Source: an uncultured Clostridia bacterium (lineage in GTDB: Bacteria; Bacillota; Clostridia; Lachnospirales; CAMZNU01). From it: a stretch of 64,000 bases of DNA. Made by a program: the position numbers and the translations under genes. The stretch covers positions 4,321 through 68,320 of the forward strand of contig CAMZNU010000002.1 in NCBI GenBank assembly GCA_947313885.1, given 5' to 3'. The notes beneath the pieces were generated by a model. That model was not told where the DNA came from. It saw only the letters and a list, made by a program, of their open reading frames with translations, and searched no databases. Positions 1 through 10,712 of this stretch are shown piece by piece; position 1 is the first letter of the stretch; each line of letters opens with the position of its first letter.

Positions 1-1079
1 AATCAGACTTTGGAAATATGGCAATAGCACATAATGGAAATTTAATAAATGCATCAATAATAAAAGAGTTATTAGAAGATGTAGGAGGTAAATTTGAAAC
101 AACGACAGATTCAGAAGTTATAGCTAATATGATATGTAGGAAAAAAAATAAGAAAGATTTAAAAAAGGTGTTAGTAGATACGATATCAGCAATACAAGGT
201 TCATTTGCGTTAGTGATAGTTATAGATAATAAGTTAATAGGTATAAGAGACCCCCTTGGTATAAGACCGTTATGTATGGGTAAGTTAGAAGATGGCGGAA
301 TAATATTAGCATCAGAATCATGTGCAATAGATGCGGTAGGTGGGACGTTAATTAGGAATATAAAAGCAGGAGAAATAATAATAATAGATGAAAATGGTAT
401 AGAAGAAATAAATTATAAAGAAAAATCACATAGGGCGTCATGTTCTTTTGAACATATATATTTTGCTAGAGAAGATTCAATAATAGATGAAATAGATGTA
501 TATAAAACGAGATATGAAACAGGTAAAAAACTATGGGAGCAAAAAAAGGTAGAAGCGGATATAGTTATAGGTGTACCAGATTCTGGTATACCATCAGCAC
601 AAGGATATTCAGTAGCATCAAACATTCCATTTGTAACAGGAATAATAAAAAATAAATATGTAGGAAGAACGTTCATACAGCCATCACAAGAATTAAGGGA
701 AAAGGCGGTAAGTGTGAAGTTAAACCCTATAAAATCTATAATAGAAGGTATGAGAGTTGTAATAGTAGATGATTCGTTAGTAAGAGGGACAACGAGTAAA
801 AAGCTAGTAAAAATGTTAAGAGAAGCAGGAGCAAAAGAAATACATTTTAGATTAGCAAGCCCTACAGTAAAGTACCCATGTTATTTTGGAGTTGATATAG
901 CGTATAGAAAAGAGTTAATAGCATCTAGCAATACGGTAGAGCAGATAAGAGAATATATAGGAGTAGATACATTAGATTTTTTAAGTTTAGAGAATTTAAC
1001 AGAAGTATTAGGAAGTAATGAGTTTTGTTTAGGATGCTTTAATGGTAAATATCCACTATCAACTACATCTACTATGTAA
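1..1079 (+). CDS. purF: amidophosphoribosyltransferase, 5' end outside window
   Basis: Frame open from the window edge; AHNGNL, GIRDPLGIRPL, VIGVPDSGIPSAQGY and VVIVDDSLVRGTTS (PRPP-binding) motifs; followed by purM. Confidence 0.97.
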   Translation, partial: SDFGNMAIAHNGNLINASIIKELLEDVGGKFETTTDSEVIANMICRKKNKKDLKKVLVDTISAIQGSFALVIVIDNKLIGIRDPLGIRPLCMGKLEDGGIILASESCAIDAVGGTLIRNIKAGEIIIIDENGIEEINYKEKSHRASCSFEHIYFAREDSIIDEIDVYKTRYETGKKLWEQKKVEADIVIGVPDSGIPSAQGYSVASNIPFVTGIIKNKYVGRTFIQPSQELREKAVSVKLNPIKSIIEGMRVVIVDDSLVRGTTSKKLVKMLREAGAKEIHFRLASPTVKYPCYFGVDIAYRKELIASSNTVEQIREYIGVDTLDFLSLENLTEVLGSNEFCLGCFNGKYPLSTTSTM

Positions 1080-1092
1080 AAGGAGATTTTAA

Positions 1093-2094
1093 ATGTCGAC
1101 AATTTCGTATAAAGATTCAGGGGTAAATAAGGAAGAAGGATATAAAACAGTAGATTTAATAAAAGACGTAGTAAAAAAAACACACAATAAAAATGTACTT
1201 ACAGGGCTTGGTAGTTTTGGAGCTATGTATGAATTAAGTAAAATGGAAAACCCAGTATTAGTATCAGGAACAGATGGAGTAGGTACAAAATTAGAAGTAG
1301 CATTCAAAACAAAAAAATACGATACAGTGGGAATAGATTGTGTAGCTATGTGTGTAAATGATATATTATGCCACGGTGCAAAACCGTTATTTTTCTTAGA
1401 CTATATAGGTTGTGGAAAATTAGAAAGTGAAGTTGCGTCTAAATTAGTAGAAGGAATTGCTAAAGGTTGTGAGGAGACGGGGACGTCATTAGTCGGCGGT
1501 GAAACGGCAGAAATGCCAGGGTTTTATAAAGATGGAGATTATGACATAGCGGGGTTTGCTGTTGGTGTAGTAGAAAAAGAAAATATTATAAAGGGAGAAA
1601 ACATAGAAGAAGGGGATAGTATAATAGCTATACCGTCATCAGGAGTACATAGCAATGGATTTTCATTAATTAGAAAAGTAGTAAAAGATTATGATGAGAA
1701 GTTTGAAGATTGGAGTATAAGTGATGAGTTATTAATTCCTACAAAATTGTATGTTAACACTATACTTAAAATGTTAGAACAACATAGAGTAAAAGGGTTA
1801 GCACATATAACAGGTGGTGGAATAATAGAAAATTTACCGCGAATAATACCAAAAGGGTTAGAAGCCAATGTGGAAAAAGGAAAAATTAAAGTGTTGCCTA
1901 TATTTAAATATTTAAGTTCAAAAGGGATAGAGGAAGAAGAAATGTGGGGAACGTTTAATATGGGAGTAGGGTTTGTAGTAGTAGTAAGTAATGATAAAAA
2001 GGAAAGTGTAATAGAAACATTAGAAAAATTAGGCGAGAGTCCGTATGAGATAGGAGTTATTACTAGAGGGGTAAATGGAATATGTTTAAAATAG
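1093..2094 (+). CDS. purM: phosphoribosylformylglycinamidine cyclo-ligase
   Basis: SYKDSGVN, GTDGVGTKL, GGETAEMPGFY motifs; SD aggag upstream; purine operon context. Confidence 0.97.
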   Translation: MSTISYKDSGVNKEEGYKTVDLIKDVVKKTHNKNVLTGLGSFGAMYELSKMENPVLVSGTDGVGTKLEVAFKTKKYDTVGIDCVAMCVNDILCHGAKPLFFLDYIGCGKLESEVASKLVEGIAKGCEETGTSLVGGETAEMPGFYKDGDYDIAGFAVGVVEKENIIKGENIEEGDSIIAIPSSGVHSNGFSLIRKVVKDYDEKFEDWSISDELLIPTKLYVNTILKMLEQHRVKGLAHITGGGIIENLPRIIPKGLEANVEKGKIKVLPIFKYLSSKGIEEEEMWGTFNMGVGFVVVVSNDKKESVIETLEKLGESPYEIGVITRGVNGICLK

Positions 2095-2660
2095 CTGTTT
2101 TAATTTCAGGGCAAGGTAGTAACTTAGAAGCGATAATGAACAGAAGTGATAGTAGTAAAATATATGAAGTTAAATATGTAATAGCAGATAGGGAATGTAA
2201 AGGAATTGAGCTAGCAAAAAAAAGGGATATAAAAACAAGAGTATATAATAGGAAGAAACTAGGTAAAAAAATATCAAAAGAGATAGATATGTACTTAAAA
2301 GATGATATAGATTTAATAGTGTTAGCAGGGTACTTATCTATATTGGATGAGGAGTTTATAAATAGAAGGAAAGGAAAAATAATAAATATACATCCAGCTA
2401 TTAGTGAGAAGTATGGCGGTAAAGGTATGTATGGTGACGTTGTACATAAACATGTATTGAAAAATAAAGAAAAACAATCAGGGTGTACGGTACATTTTGT
2501 AGATAGTGGAGTAGATACAGGTGAAATAATAAGTAAAAGCATAGTGAAAGTTATGGAAGATGATACAGTAGAGAGCCTAAAAAAAAGAATATTAATAGAG
2601 GAACATAAGTTGTTACCAGATACTATAGAAAAAATTTTAATTAACCAGTATAGGAGATAA
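2082..2660 (+). CDS. purN: phosphoribosylglycinamide formyltransferase
   Basis: ISGQGSNLEAI, NIHPAISEKYGGKGMYG, GCTVHFVDSGVDTG motifs; overlaps the purM end. Confidence 0.96.
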   Translation: MFKIAVLISGQGSNLEAIMNRSDSSKIYEVKYVIADRECKGIELAKKRDIKTRVYNRKKLGKKISKEIDMYLKDDIDLIVLAGYLSILDEEFINRRKGKIINIHPAISEKYGGKGMYGDVVHKHVLKNKEKQSGCTVHFVDSGVDTGEIISKSIVKVMEDDTVESLKKRILIEEHKLLPDTIEKILINQYRR

Positions 2661-2663
2661 ATT

Positions 2664-4166
2664 ATGAAAAGAGCGTTAATATCTGTATATGACAAAAAAG
2701 GGATTATAGAGTTTACGAAATTTTTAGTTAAAGAAGGTGTAGAAATAATTTCAACAGGTGGTACATATAAACATTTAAAAGATAATGGTATAGCGGTAAC
2801 AAAAGTAAGTGACATAACAAAAGAAGAAGAAATATTAGGTGGTAGAGTAAAAACATTGCACCCTATTATACATGGTGGGATATTAGCAATTAGAAGTGAT
2901 GATGAGCATATGAAAACATTAGAGAAAAAAGAAATTAAGCCTATAGATATAATTGTAGTTAATTTATATCCATTTTTTGAAGAAGTAAATAACGATATAA
3001 CATTTGATAGTAAAGTTGAGTTTATAGATATTGGAGGACCTACAATGTTAAGGTCAGCAGGTAAATCTTTTAAAGATGTTGTAGTTATATCAGACGTTGA
3101 AGATTATAAATTAGTAAAAGATGAAATGGAGTTAGGAGAAGTTAAATTTGAAACTAGAAAAAAATTAGCAGGTAAAGTATTTAATTTAACGGCATCATAT
3201 GATGCATGTATATCAAATTTCTTACTAGAAGGGGAAATGGGTAAATATTTAAATGCGTCGTACGTTAAAAAAATGGATTTAAGGTACGGAGAAAACCCGC
3301 ATCAAAAATCAGCATATTACGTATCAACATCAGAAAAAGGTGCTATGAAAGATTTTGAGCAATTAAACGGTAAGCAATTATCATTTAATAATATTAGAGA
3401 TATGGATGTAGCATGGAAAATAGTAAGTGAGTTTAATGAAAAAGAACAATATGTATGCTGTGGTTTAAAACATTCTACACCGTGTGGTGTAGCAATAGGA
3501 GAGACAGTAGTAGAAAGTTATTTAAAAGCTTACGAATGTGATCCAATGTCAATATTCGGAGGAATAGTTGCATTTAACGGAGAAGTGGATAAAGATACAG
3601 CGTTAGAAGTTGTAAAAATATTTTTGGAAATAGTAATAGCACCATCATTTACAGATGAAGCGATAGAAGTACTAAAAGGTAAGAAAAATTTAAGAATAAT
3701 AAAAACATATGTTAAACCTAATGATAAAGAGGAATATATAAAAGTAGACGGTGGAATATTAGTGCAAGAAAGAGATAATACTTTTTCAAATGAATTTAAT
3801 GTTGTAACAAAAAGAAAACCAACAAAAGAGGAAGAGAAAGACTTAATATTTGGGATGAAAGTAGTAAAATATGTAAAATCAAATGGGATAGTAGTAGTAA
3901 AAGATGGAATGGCAAAAGGTATAGGAACGGGAGAGACAAATAGAATATGGGCAACAGAACAAGCGATTAAAAGAGCAGGTGATGGAGTAGTATTGGCATC
4001 GGATGCATTTTTACCATTTAGAGATGTTGTAGATATGTGTGGAAAAAATAATATCGTATCAATAATACAACCAGGTGGATCGGTAAAAGATGAAGAGTCT
4101 ATAAAAGCTTGTGATGAACAAAATATATCAATGGTATTAACAGGAGTTAGACACTTTAAACATTAG
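2664..4166 (+). CDS. purH: bifunctional AICAR formyltransferase / IMP cyclohydrolase
   Basis: [35 protein letters not shown]-like ([10 protein letters not shown]), [11 protein letters not shown]; 500 aa. Confidence 0.97.
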   Translation: MKRALISVYDKKGIIEFTKFLVKEGVEIISTGGTYKHLKDNGIAVTKVSDITKEEEILGGRVKTLHPIIHGGILAIRSDDEHMKTLEKKEIKPIDIIVVNLYPFFEEVNNDITFDSKVEFIDIGGPTMLRSAGKSFKDVVVISDVEDYKLVKDEMELGEVKFETRKKLAGKVFNLTASYDACISNFLLEGEMGKYLNASYVKKMDLRYGENPHQKSAYYVSTSEKGAMKDFEQLNGKQLSFNNIRDMDVAWKIVSEFNEKEQYVCCGLKHSTPCGVAIGETVVESYLKAYECDPMSIFGGIVAFNGEVDKDTALEVVKIFLEIVIAPSFTDEAIEVLKGKKNLRIIKTYVKPNDKEEYIKVDGGILVQERDNTFSNEFNVVTKRKPTKEEEKDLIFGMKVVKYVKSNGIVVVKDGMAKGIGTGETNRIWATEQAIKRAGDGVVLASDAFLPFRDVVDMCGKNNIVSIIQPGGSVKDEESIKACDEQNISMVLTGVRHFKH

Positions 4167-4187
4167 TTAATAATAGGAGAAGTATAT

Positions 4188-5438
4188 ATGAAAATTTTAA
4201 TAATAGGTGAAGGTGGACGTGAACATGCAATAGCATGGAAGTTTTCAAAAAATAAAAAAGTTTCTAAAATATACGTATCAAAAGGTAATGCAGGTATAGA
4301 AAAAATAAAAATATGCGAAAATGTAAAACTAGAATCTATAGAAGAAATAATATTATTTGCAAAAAATAAAAATGTAGATTTAGCAATAGTAGGTTCAGAA
4401 GAAATGTTAGTTAATGGAATAGTAGATGAATTTGAAAAAAATGGTTTGAAAATATTTGGTGCGAATAAAAAAACGGCAAAATTAGAAGGTAGTAAAATAT
4501 ATTCTAAACAGTTTATGAAAAAATATAATATAAAAACAGCTAAATATGAAGAATTTATAAATTGTGAAAAAGCTATAAAATATTTAGAGTTAGAAAAATA
4601 TCCAATAGTAATAAAGGCAGATGGGCTAGCTGGTGGAAAAGGTGTAGTAATAGCTAAAAATAAAGAAGAAGCTGTAATAGAAATAAAAGAGATGTTACTA
4701 AATAATAAATTCAAAGAAGCAGGAAAGAAAATAATTATCGAGGAGTTTATAGAAGGGGTAGAAGTTTCTATATTATCTGTAATAGATGGAAATAATATAA
4801 TCCCTTTTATATCAGCAAAAGACCATAAAAAAATTGGTGAAGGTGAAACGGGATTAAACACAGGAGGTATGGGGGTAATAGTTCCAAACCCATACGTAAC
4901 ACCAACAATAATGGAAGATTTTAAGAAAAATATAATTGATAAAACTTTAGTAGGTTTAAAAAAAGAAGATATGTTATTTAAAGGAGTTGTATTTTTTGGA
5001 GCTATAATAAATGAAAAAGGAATTTATTTATTAGAATATAATGTAAGATTAGGAGATCCAGAAACACAATGTATTTTACCGATAATGGAAAGTGATTTTT
5101 TAGAAATCATTGAAAAAGCTATGGAAGGCAATTTAAAAGAAGAACATATTAAATGGCAGAAAAAACATGCATGTTGCGTTACAGCAGTGAGTAAAGGATA
5201 CCCAGAAAAATATGAAGTAGGGTATGAAATAAAAGGATTAGAAAACATAGACGATGAAAATATATTTTTTGCAGGGTGTACAAAATCAAAAGATGGAAAA
5301 ATAATTACAAATGGTGGACGTGTACTAAATATTATAGGTAAAGGGGACACTAAAGAAGAAGCTATAAAAAATAGTTATGAAATAATAAAGAAGATAGAAT
5401 TTAAAAATATGTATTATAGAAAAGATATAGGTAAGTAA
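4188..5438 (+). CDS. purD: phosphoribosylamine-glycine ligase
   Basis: GEGGREHAIAWK, KADGLAGGKGVV, NTGGMGVIVPNP, EYNVRLGDPETQ motifs. Confidence 0.97.
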   Translation: MKILIIGEGGREHAIAWKFSKNKKVSKIYVSKGNAGIEKIKICENVKLESIEEIILFAKNKNVDLAIVGSEEMLVNGIVDEFEKNGLKIFGANKKTAKLEGSKIYSKQFMKKYNIKTAKYEEFINCEKAIKYLELEKYPIVIKADGLAGGKGVVIAKNKEEAVIEIKEMLLNNKFKEAGKKIIIEEFIEGVEVSILSVIDGNNIIPFISAKDHKKIGEGETGLNTGGMGVIVPNPYVTPTIMEDFKKNIIDKTLVGLKKEDMLFKGVVFFGAIINEKGIYLLEYNVRLGDPETQCILPIMESDFLEIIEKAMEGNLKEEHIKWQKKHACCVTAVSKGYPEKYEVGYEIKGLENIDDENIFFAGCTKSKDGKIITNGGRVLNIIGKGDTKEEAIKNSYEIIKKIEFKNMYYRKDIGK

Positions 5439-5443
5439 AATAA

Positions 5444-5486
5444 GCAATAAAAAAACTATGGTTACGAGCCGTAGTTTTTTTATTGC
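5444..5486 (+). terminator. rho-independent terminator of the purine operon
   Basis: GCAATAAAAAAACTATGG-ttacgag-CCGTAGTTTTTTTATTGC, long stem with one T-G wobble. Confidence 0.85.
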
Positions 5487-5605
5487 TTACTACTATGCAT
5501 TTTAATAAAAGTTATACAAAGGTAAATATAGAAATATACAAATCGTTAAATATCTGCTAAAATAATACAAAAAGGGACACTAAAACATTTAAGGGAGGTG
5601 AACTA

Positions 5606-8116
5606 ATGAGTTATTTCTATGAAACGGTACAAAGTAATGAAAACATACCAATTAAAATATTTACCCACGAATTAGAATATTCACCGTATCATTGGCATAG
5701 AGAAATAGAAATTTTATTTGTTTTAAATGGAGAAGTAGATATAAAAATAGGTAATGACAAATATACTGTATTAGAAAACGAAATATTTATAATAAACCCA
5801 AATGAAATACATTTTATATCATCAAAGGCAACGGATAATAAAGCAAAAATTTTAGTGTTGCAATTTAGTGCAAATGTTTTTAAAAAATATAATTTAGATA
5901 TATCAGACATGTTTTTTAGAATTGAAAGTAAAAAGAATGAAAAAAATAAAGAAATGTTTTATAATATGAAATCTATATTAGCTAACATAATGAATGTCGT
6001 AATAAACAATGAAACTTTGTTACGATTAAAGGTTGAAAAATTATTAATTGAATTGATCATAATAATGATTAATAATTTTAACGTAGAGGGGGCGGGAAAT
6101 AAAGATATAGCATTTCATTATGATGAACGTATTAATAAAATACTAAAATTTATAGATGATAAAAGCAATGAGCAAAGTTTAAGTATAAATAAAATTGCTA
6201 ATGAATTTTATTTAACGCCAGAATACTTATCAAAATATTTCAAAAAAAATGTTGGAATTTCATTAAAGAAGTTTATAAATGTAATTAGATTAAATAAATC
6301 TTTATATGACTTAAAGTTGAATAATGAAAATATATCGGATATAGCATATAAGTTTGGGTTTCCAGATACAAAAGCTTATTATAGAGTGTTTAAGGAGAAT
6401 ATTGGAACAACACCAATACAATATAGAAAAACATATAAAATAGAAGTAGAAAATAAAAATAAATTAAGTTATTTGAATGTGAATAGTGAAACGTCCTTAT
6501 CATCGTTATTTAAATATTTAAAATACAATACAAATGATACAGAAACATATTCACCAATTTACGATACAGTTGTAATAGATGGAAAAGTAAAAGGTGAGTT
6601 TAGAGAAAACAATTATGCAAATTTAACTACTTTTGGATATGCACCACATGGGTTAAGAAGTGATTTTGAAAGCCAGCTAAAGGAAGCACAAAGATGTATA
6701 AAATTTAAACATATACGATTTCATGGTATTTTTTCTGATGAAATACTTATTTATAATGAAGATAATGAAGGGGAAGTGTATTATAACTTTAATCACTTAG
6801 ATGCTCTTTTAGATATAATATTGAAAAATGAATTAACTCCATTTATAGAATTGGGGTTTATGCCAACACAATTAAGATCAAATGAAGAAACGGTTTTTTT
6901 ATGGAAAGCAAATATAAGCCCACCTAAAAAAGTTGAAAAGTGGAAAAATTTAATTGAAGAATTTTTAAAACATCTAATAAATAGGTATGGAATAGATAAC
7001 ATAAGAAAATGGCATTTTGAGTTTTGGAATGAACCAGAGTTTGGTGGGCTTTTTTGGTCATCAGATAAAAAAACTTTTTTTAATTTTTTCTTAGAGACGT
7101 ATAAAAGTGTTAAGAGCATTGATAAGGAAATAAAAATAGGCGGATTTGGAACTGTAAATCTAGAAAATTCTAAATCATGGTTAAATAGTTTTGAAAAGTT
7201 TTGTATTAAGAAAAAAATTAAATTAGATTTTTATAGTTTTCATATATATTTAACGACTATAAGTAACAAAGATGATAATTTATTAGATTCAAAATTAACG
7301 ATAGACAAAATAAGAAAAATGGAATTATCAAAGATAGGTGATATAAAATTAGGTAATAGCGAATATTTAAAAGAGTCCACTAATAAAATTTTAAAAAATG
7401 TAGAAAATGATATATTTAGTTCAAATTATTGGATTACAGAATGGAATGCTAGTACCAATAGTAGAGATCTAACACATGATACATGTTTTATGGCATCGTT
7501 TATAGTAAAAAACACACTTAGCATTAGTGATAAAGTAAGTGGTATGGGGTATTGGAGTTTATCAGACATATTTGAAGAACAAAGATTAGAACAACCGCTA
7601 TTTCATGGTGGATTTGGATTAATTACATATAACGGTTTAAAAAAACCAAGCTTCCATGCGTTTTATTTCATGAAAAAATTATTTGAAGAAATAATATACA
7701 TATCAGATAGTGCGATAGTGACGAAAAACAATGAAGATTATGGAGTAATAATATTTAATTATATACACTACAACGAATTATATAAAAAAAATGATCATTC
7801 ACAAATAAGCCAAAAAATTAGATATAACGTATTTGAAAACAATAATAAAAAAGAAATATCGTTAATATTAGAAAATATAGAAGGAGATTATTTAGTAGAA
7901 GAAGAATGGGTTAACCGTAAAAATGGTTCTGTATATGATGCGTGGTTAGAAATAGGTGCACCAGAAAAACTAACTAAAGAAGCGTATACAAAATTAAAAG
8001 CTAATAGTGAAGTTGGTTACAAAACATATGGCATTAACATTAAAGGTGATTTTAAAATAAATTTACGGTTATTGCCTCATGAGGTTAGGTACATATCAAT
8101 AAAGAAAAAATACTAA
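5606..8116 (+). CDS. AraC-family regulator fused to GH39-family (beta-xylosidase-like) domain
   Basis: N-terminal cupin-like sensor (SPYHWHREIEILFVLNGEV), AraC HTH (FYLTPEYLSKYFKKNVGISLKKFINVIRL), then a GH39-like catalytic domain with WNEPEFGG and TEWNAS; 836 aa single ORF. Confidence 0.85.
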   Translation: MSYFYETVQSNENIPIKIFTHELEYSPYHWHREIEILFVLNGEVDIKIGNDKYTVLENEIFIINPNEIHFISSKATDNKAKILVLQFSANVFKKYNLDISDMFFRIESKKNEKNKEMFYNMKSILANIMNVVINNETLLRLKVEKLLIELIIIMINNFNVEGAGNKDIAFHYDERINKILKFIDDKSNEQSLSINKIANEFYLTPEYLSKYFKKNVGISLKKFINVIRLNKSLYDLKLNNENISDIAYKFGFPDTKAYYRVFKENIGTTPIQYRKTYKIEVENKNKLSYLNVNSETSLSSLFKYLKYNTNDTETYSPIYDTVVIDGKVKGEFRENNYANLTTFGYAPHGLRSDFESQLKEAQRCIKFKHIRFHGIFSDEILIYNEDNEGEVYYNFNHLDALLDIILKNELTPFIELGFMPTQLRSNEETVFLWKANISPPKKVEKWKNLIEEFLKHLINRYGIDNIRKWHFEFWNEPEFGGLFWSSDKKTFFNFFLETYKSVKSIDKEIKIGGFGTVNLENSKSWLNSFEKFCIKKKIKLDFYSFHIYLTTISNKDDNLLDSKLTIDKIRKMELSKIGDIKLGNSEYLKESTNKILKNVENDIFSSNYWITEWNASTNSRDLTHDTCFMASFIVKNTLSISDKVSGMGYWSLSDIFEEQRLEQPLFHGGFGLITYNGLKKPSFHAFYFMKKLFEEIIYISDSAIVTKNNEDYGVIIFNYIHYNELYKKNDHSQISQKIRYNVFENNNKKEISLILENIEGDYLVEEEWVNRKNGSVYDAWLEIGAPEKLTKEAYTKLKANSEVGYKTYGINIKGDFKINLRLLPHEVRYISIKKKY

Positions 8117-8120
8117 AACA

Positions 8121-8150
8121 AACCTAATATTATATTGGGTTTATTTTTTT
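8121..8150 (+). terminator. rho-independent terminator after AraC-GH39 gene
   Basis: AACCTAAT-atta-TATTGGGTT type stem followed by a T-rich tract. Confidence 0.7.
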
Positions 8151-8314
8151 GTGCAAAAATCCATACAAAGTACCGAAAATAATAAAGATATAAGAAATGT
8201 GTACCAGAAATAGAAAGAAAAGATAATTTTCGGTATAAATTTAGATGAAAATGGAATGATATTAATAAAAATAGCGTATATAATTACTATACAATGATAT
8301 GAAAGGAGGGAAAT

Positions 8315-8959
8315 ATGAAATTAATAATATTCGATTTAGATGGAGTTATAGTTTCGACAGATAAATATCATTATTTAGCTTGGAAAAAAATTTCTACAAA
8401 TAATGAGATGGAATTTGATGAAAAACTTAACAATGAATTAAGAGGTGTAAGTAGAGTTGAAAGTTTAAAAATAATTTTAAACTTTAATAATAAAGTTATT
8501 GATGACGTTAAGTTTAATGAATTATTAGAAGAAAAAAATGATATCTACAAAAGCTCATTAAGTTCATTAAGTGAAAAAGATATATTAGAAGGAGTAATTC
8601 CATTAATAAAGTCGTTAAAAGATAACGGGATTAAAATTGCAATAGGTTCATCTAGTAAAAATGCTAAGACGATTCTTAAGCAGGTAAAACTTATTGATGA
8701 GTTTGATGCGATAGTAGATGGAAACGACATAAAAAATAGCAAACCAGATCCAGAAGTATTTATTAAATGTTGCGAGAAATTAAGTATAAGTAATTTAGAT
8801 AGTTATGTTTTTGAAGATGCAGAAGCGGGAGTAGAAGCAGGACTAAGAGGAAATATGAAAACTATAGGCGTTGGAAAAGAAAAATTAAAAAAAGCACATA
8901 TACATTTTGAAAGTTTAAATAATATAACATACGACACATTAAAAAATTTAAAAATATAA
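8315..8959 (+). CDS. pgmB: beta-phosphoglucomutase-like HAD phosphatase
   Basis: IFDLDGVIVSTDKYHYLAWK, GSSSKNAKTIL, SKPDPEVF, FEDAEAGVEAG motifs. Confidence 0.88.
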   Translation: MKLIIFDLDGVIVSTDKYHYLAWKKISTNNEMEFDEKLNNELRGVSRVESLKIILNFNNKVIDDVKFNELLEEKNDIYKSSLSSLSEKDILEGVIPLIKSLKDNGIKIAIGSSSKNAKTILKQVKLIDEFDAIVDGNDIKNSKPDPEVFIKCCEKLSISNLDSYVFEDAEAGVEAGLRGNMKTIGVGKEKLKKAHIHFESLNNITYDTLKNLKI

Positions 8960-8970
8960 AGGAGATAATA

Positions 8971-10692
8971 ATGAATAATATTGATTTAAAAGGAATGCCA
9001 TTTAATTTAAATGATGAGGAAATAAAATGGGTAAATGAAACAAAAAATAATATGAGTATTGAAGAAAAAATAGGACAATTATTTTTCTTAATAGGATTTA
9101 CAACAGAAAAAGAAGTTTTAAAATCAGTAGTGAACAATATTAGACCAGGCGGAATGATGTATAGAAAAACGGGACAAAAAAATGTAGTAGAAGCACATAA
9201 AACTTTACAAAGTGCATCAAAAATTCCGATGCTTTTAGCCGCTAATATAGAGGCAGGAGGTAATGGACTTATAGAAGAAGGAACATTTTATGGTCATCAA
9301 ATGTTAGTAGGAGCTACAAAAGATGAAGAATATGCATATAAGCTAGGGCTAATATCAGGAAGAGAAGCAGGATCTGTAGGTGGTAATATGGCGTTTGCTC
9401 CAATTCTTGATATAAATAAAAACTTTAGAAATCCAATTACAAATGTAAGATCTTTTGGAGATGATAAAGAAACGATAGCAAAAATGAGTTCGGCATATGT
9501 TAGAGGTGCACAAGATGCAGGAATTAGTGTAACTATAAAACATTTCCCAGGTGATGGGATGGACGGTAGAGATCAACATTTAGTAACTACACATAATACA
9601 TGTGAAGTTGATGAATGGAGAGAAAGTTTTGGAATGATATATGAAAAAAGTATAAAAGATGGTGCAAGAGGATTAATGGTAGGACATATATCATTGCCAG
9701 CGTATATGGATAAGTATGCAAGTGATAAACCAGAATTAAAATACTATCCAGCAACATTAAACCCAGTATTATTAAATAAACTTTTAAGAGAAGAGTTAGG
9801 GTATAACGGTTTAACAATGACAGATGCAACATTAATGACAGGATTTGGACAAATGGGTAAAAGAAAAGATTTAGTACCGGAAAGTATAGCGGCAGGTTGT
9901 GATATGTTTTTATTTACAAGAATGCCAGAAGACGATTATAAGTTTATGATGGACGGATATAAAAATGGAGTAATTACAGATGAGAGGTTAGATGAAGCGT
10001 TAACAAGAATATTAGCAATGAAAGCATCGTTAAAAATGAACGGTAAAACAGTAGATGAGTTAGTGCCAGATAACTTTGATAAAATAAATAAAGAAGAACA
10101 TGATAGATGGACAAAAGAATTAGCTTATAAAGGAGTAACATTAGTTAAAAATGATGAAAATTTATTACCACTTGATAATAAAAAATACAAAAAAATAGGA
10201 ATAATGTATAACGGAAATGAATCTTTAGAAAAAGCAGTATTCGGAGAAGAAGAAAAAGGATTAAAAGTATATGAGAAGATGGTAAATGCATTAAACAAGC
10301 AAGGGTTTGAAGCTTTTTACTATGACTTTGGTAACATTATGAACGTGTTACAAGACATGCAAAAACCATTAGACGAGTGGACAAGTCAATTTGATGCAAT
10401 CATATATTTAACAAAAAAAGAAGTTATGTCAAATCAAACTAGCTTACAATTAAATTATAAAGCTATGGGATTTGATGCACCATGGTTTGTAAAAGAAGTA
10501 CCAACAATATTAGTATCTTTAGCAAATCCTTATCAAACTTATGACTTACCTATGATAAATACAGTTATAAATGCATATTCAGCTACAGAACATATTTTTG
10601 ATGCTATAGCAGAAAAAATAGCAGGTAAAAGTAAATTTGAAGGTATATCACCAGTACAATTAGACTTTAAAGAAATACCAATTATTTTATAG
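8971..10692 (+). CDS. glycoside hydrolase family 3 protein (beta-N-acetylhexosaminidase-like)
   Basis: GGMMYRKTG, NIEAGGNG, FAPILDI, TIKHFPGDGMDGRDQH, GLMVGHISLPA, LTMTDATLM motifs typical of NagZ-like GH3; no signal peptide. Confidence 0.87.
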   Translation: MNNIDLKGMPFNLNDEEIKWVNETKNNMSIEEKIGQLFFLIGFTTEKEVLKSVVNNIRPGGMMYRKTGQKNVVEAHKTLQSASKIPMLLAANIEAGGNGLIEEGTFYGHQMLVGATKDEEYAYKLGLISGREAGSVGGNMAFAPILDINKNFRNPITNVRSFGDDKETIAKMSSAYVRGAQDAGISVTIKHFPGDGMDGRDQHLVTTHNTCEVDEWRESFGMIYEKSIKDGARGLMVGHISLPAYMDKYASDKPELKYYPATLNPVLLNKLLREELGYNGLTMTDATLMTGFGQMGKRKDLVPESIAAGCDMFLFTRMPEDDYKFMMDGYKNGVITDERLDEALTRILAMKASLKMNGKTVDELVPDNFDKINKEEHDRWTKELAYKGVTLVKNDENLLPLDNKKYKKIGIMYNGNESLEKAVFGEEEKGLKVYEKMVNALNKQGFEAFYYDFGNIMNVLQDMQKPLDEWTSQFDAIIYLTKKEVMSNQTSLQLNYKAMGFDAPWFVKEVPTILVSLANPYQTYDLPMINTVINAYSATEHIFDAIAEKIAGKSKFEGISPVQLDFKEIPIIL

Positions 10693-10712
10693 AGCTAAAA
10701 TAGGAGAATTTT

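Noticed and set aside
4163-4861. 232-aa minus-strand ORF opposite purD
   Set aside because: Fully antisense to purD, which has clear GARS motifs.
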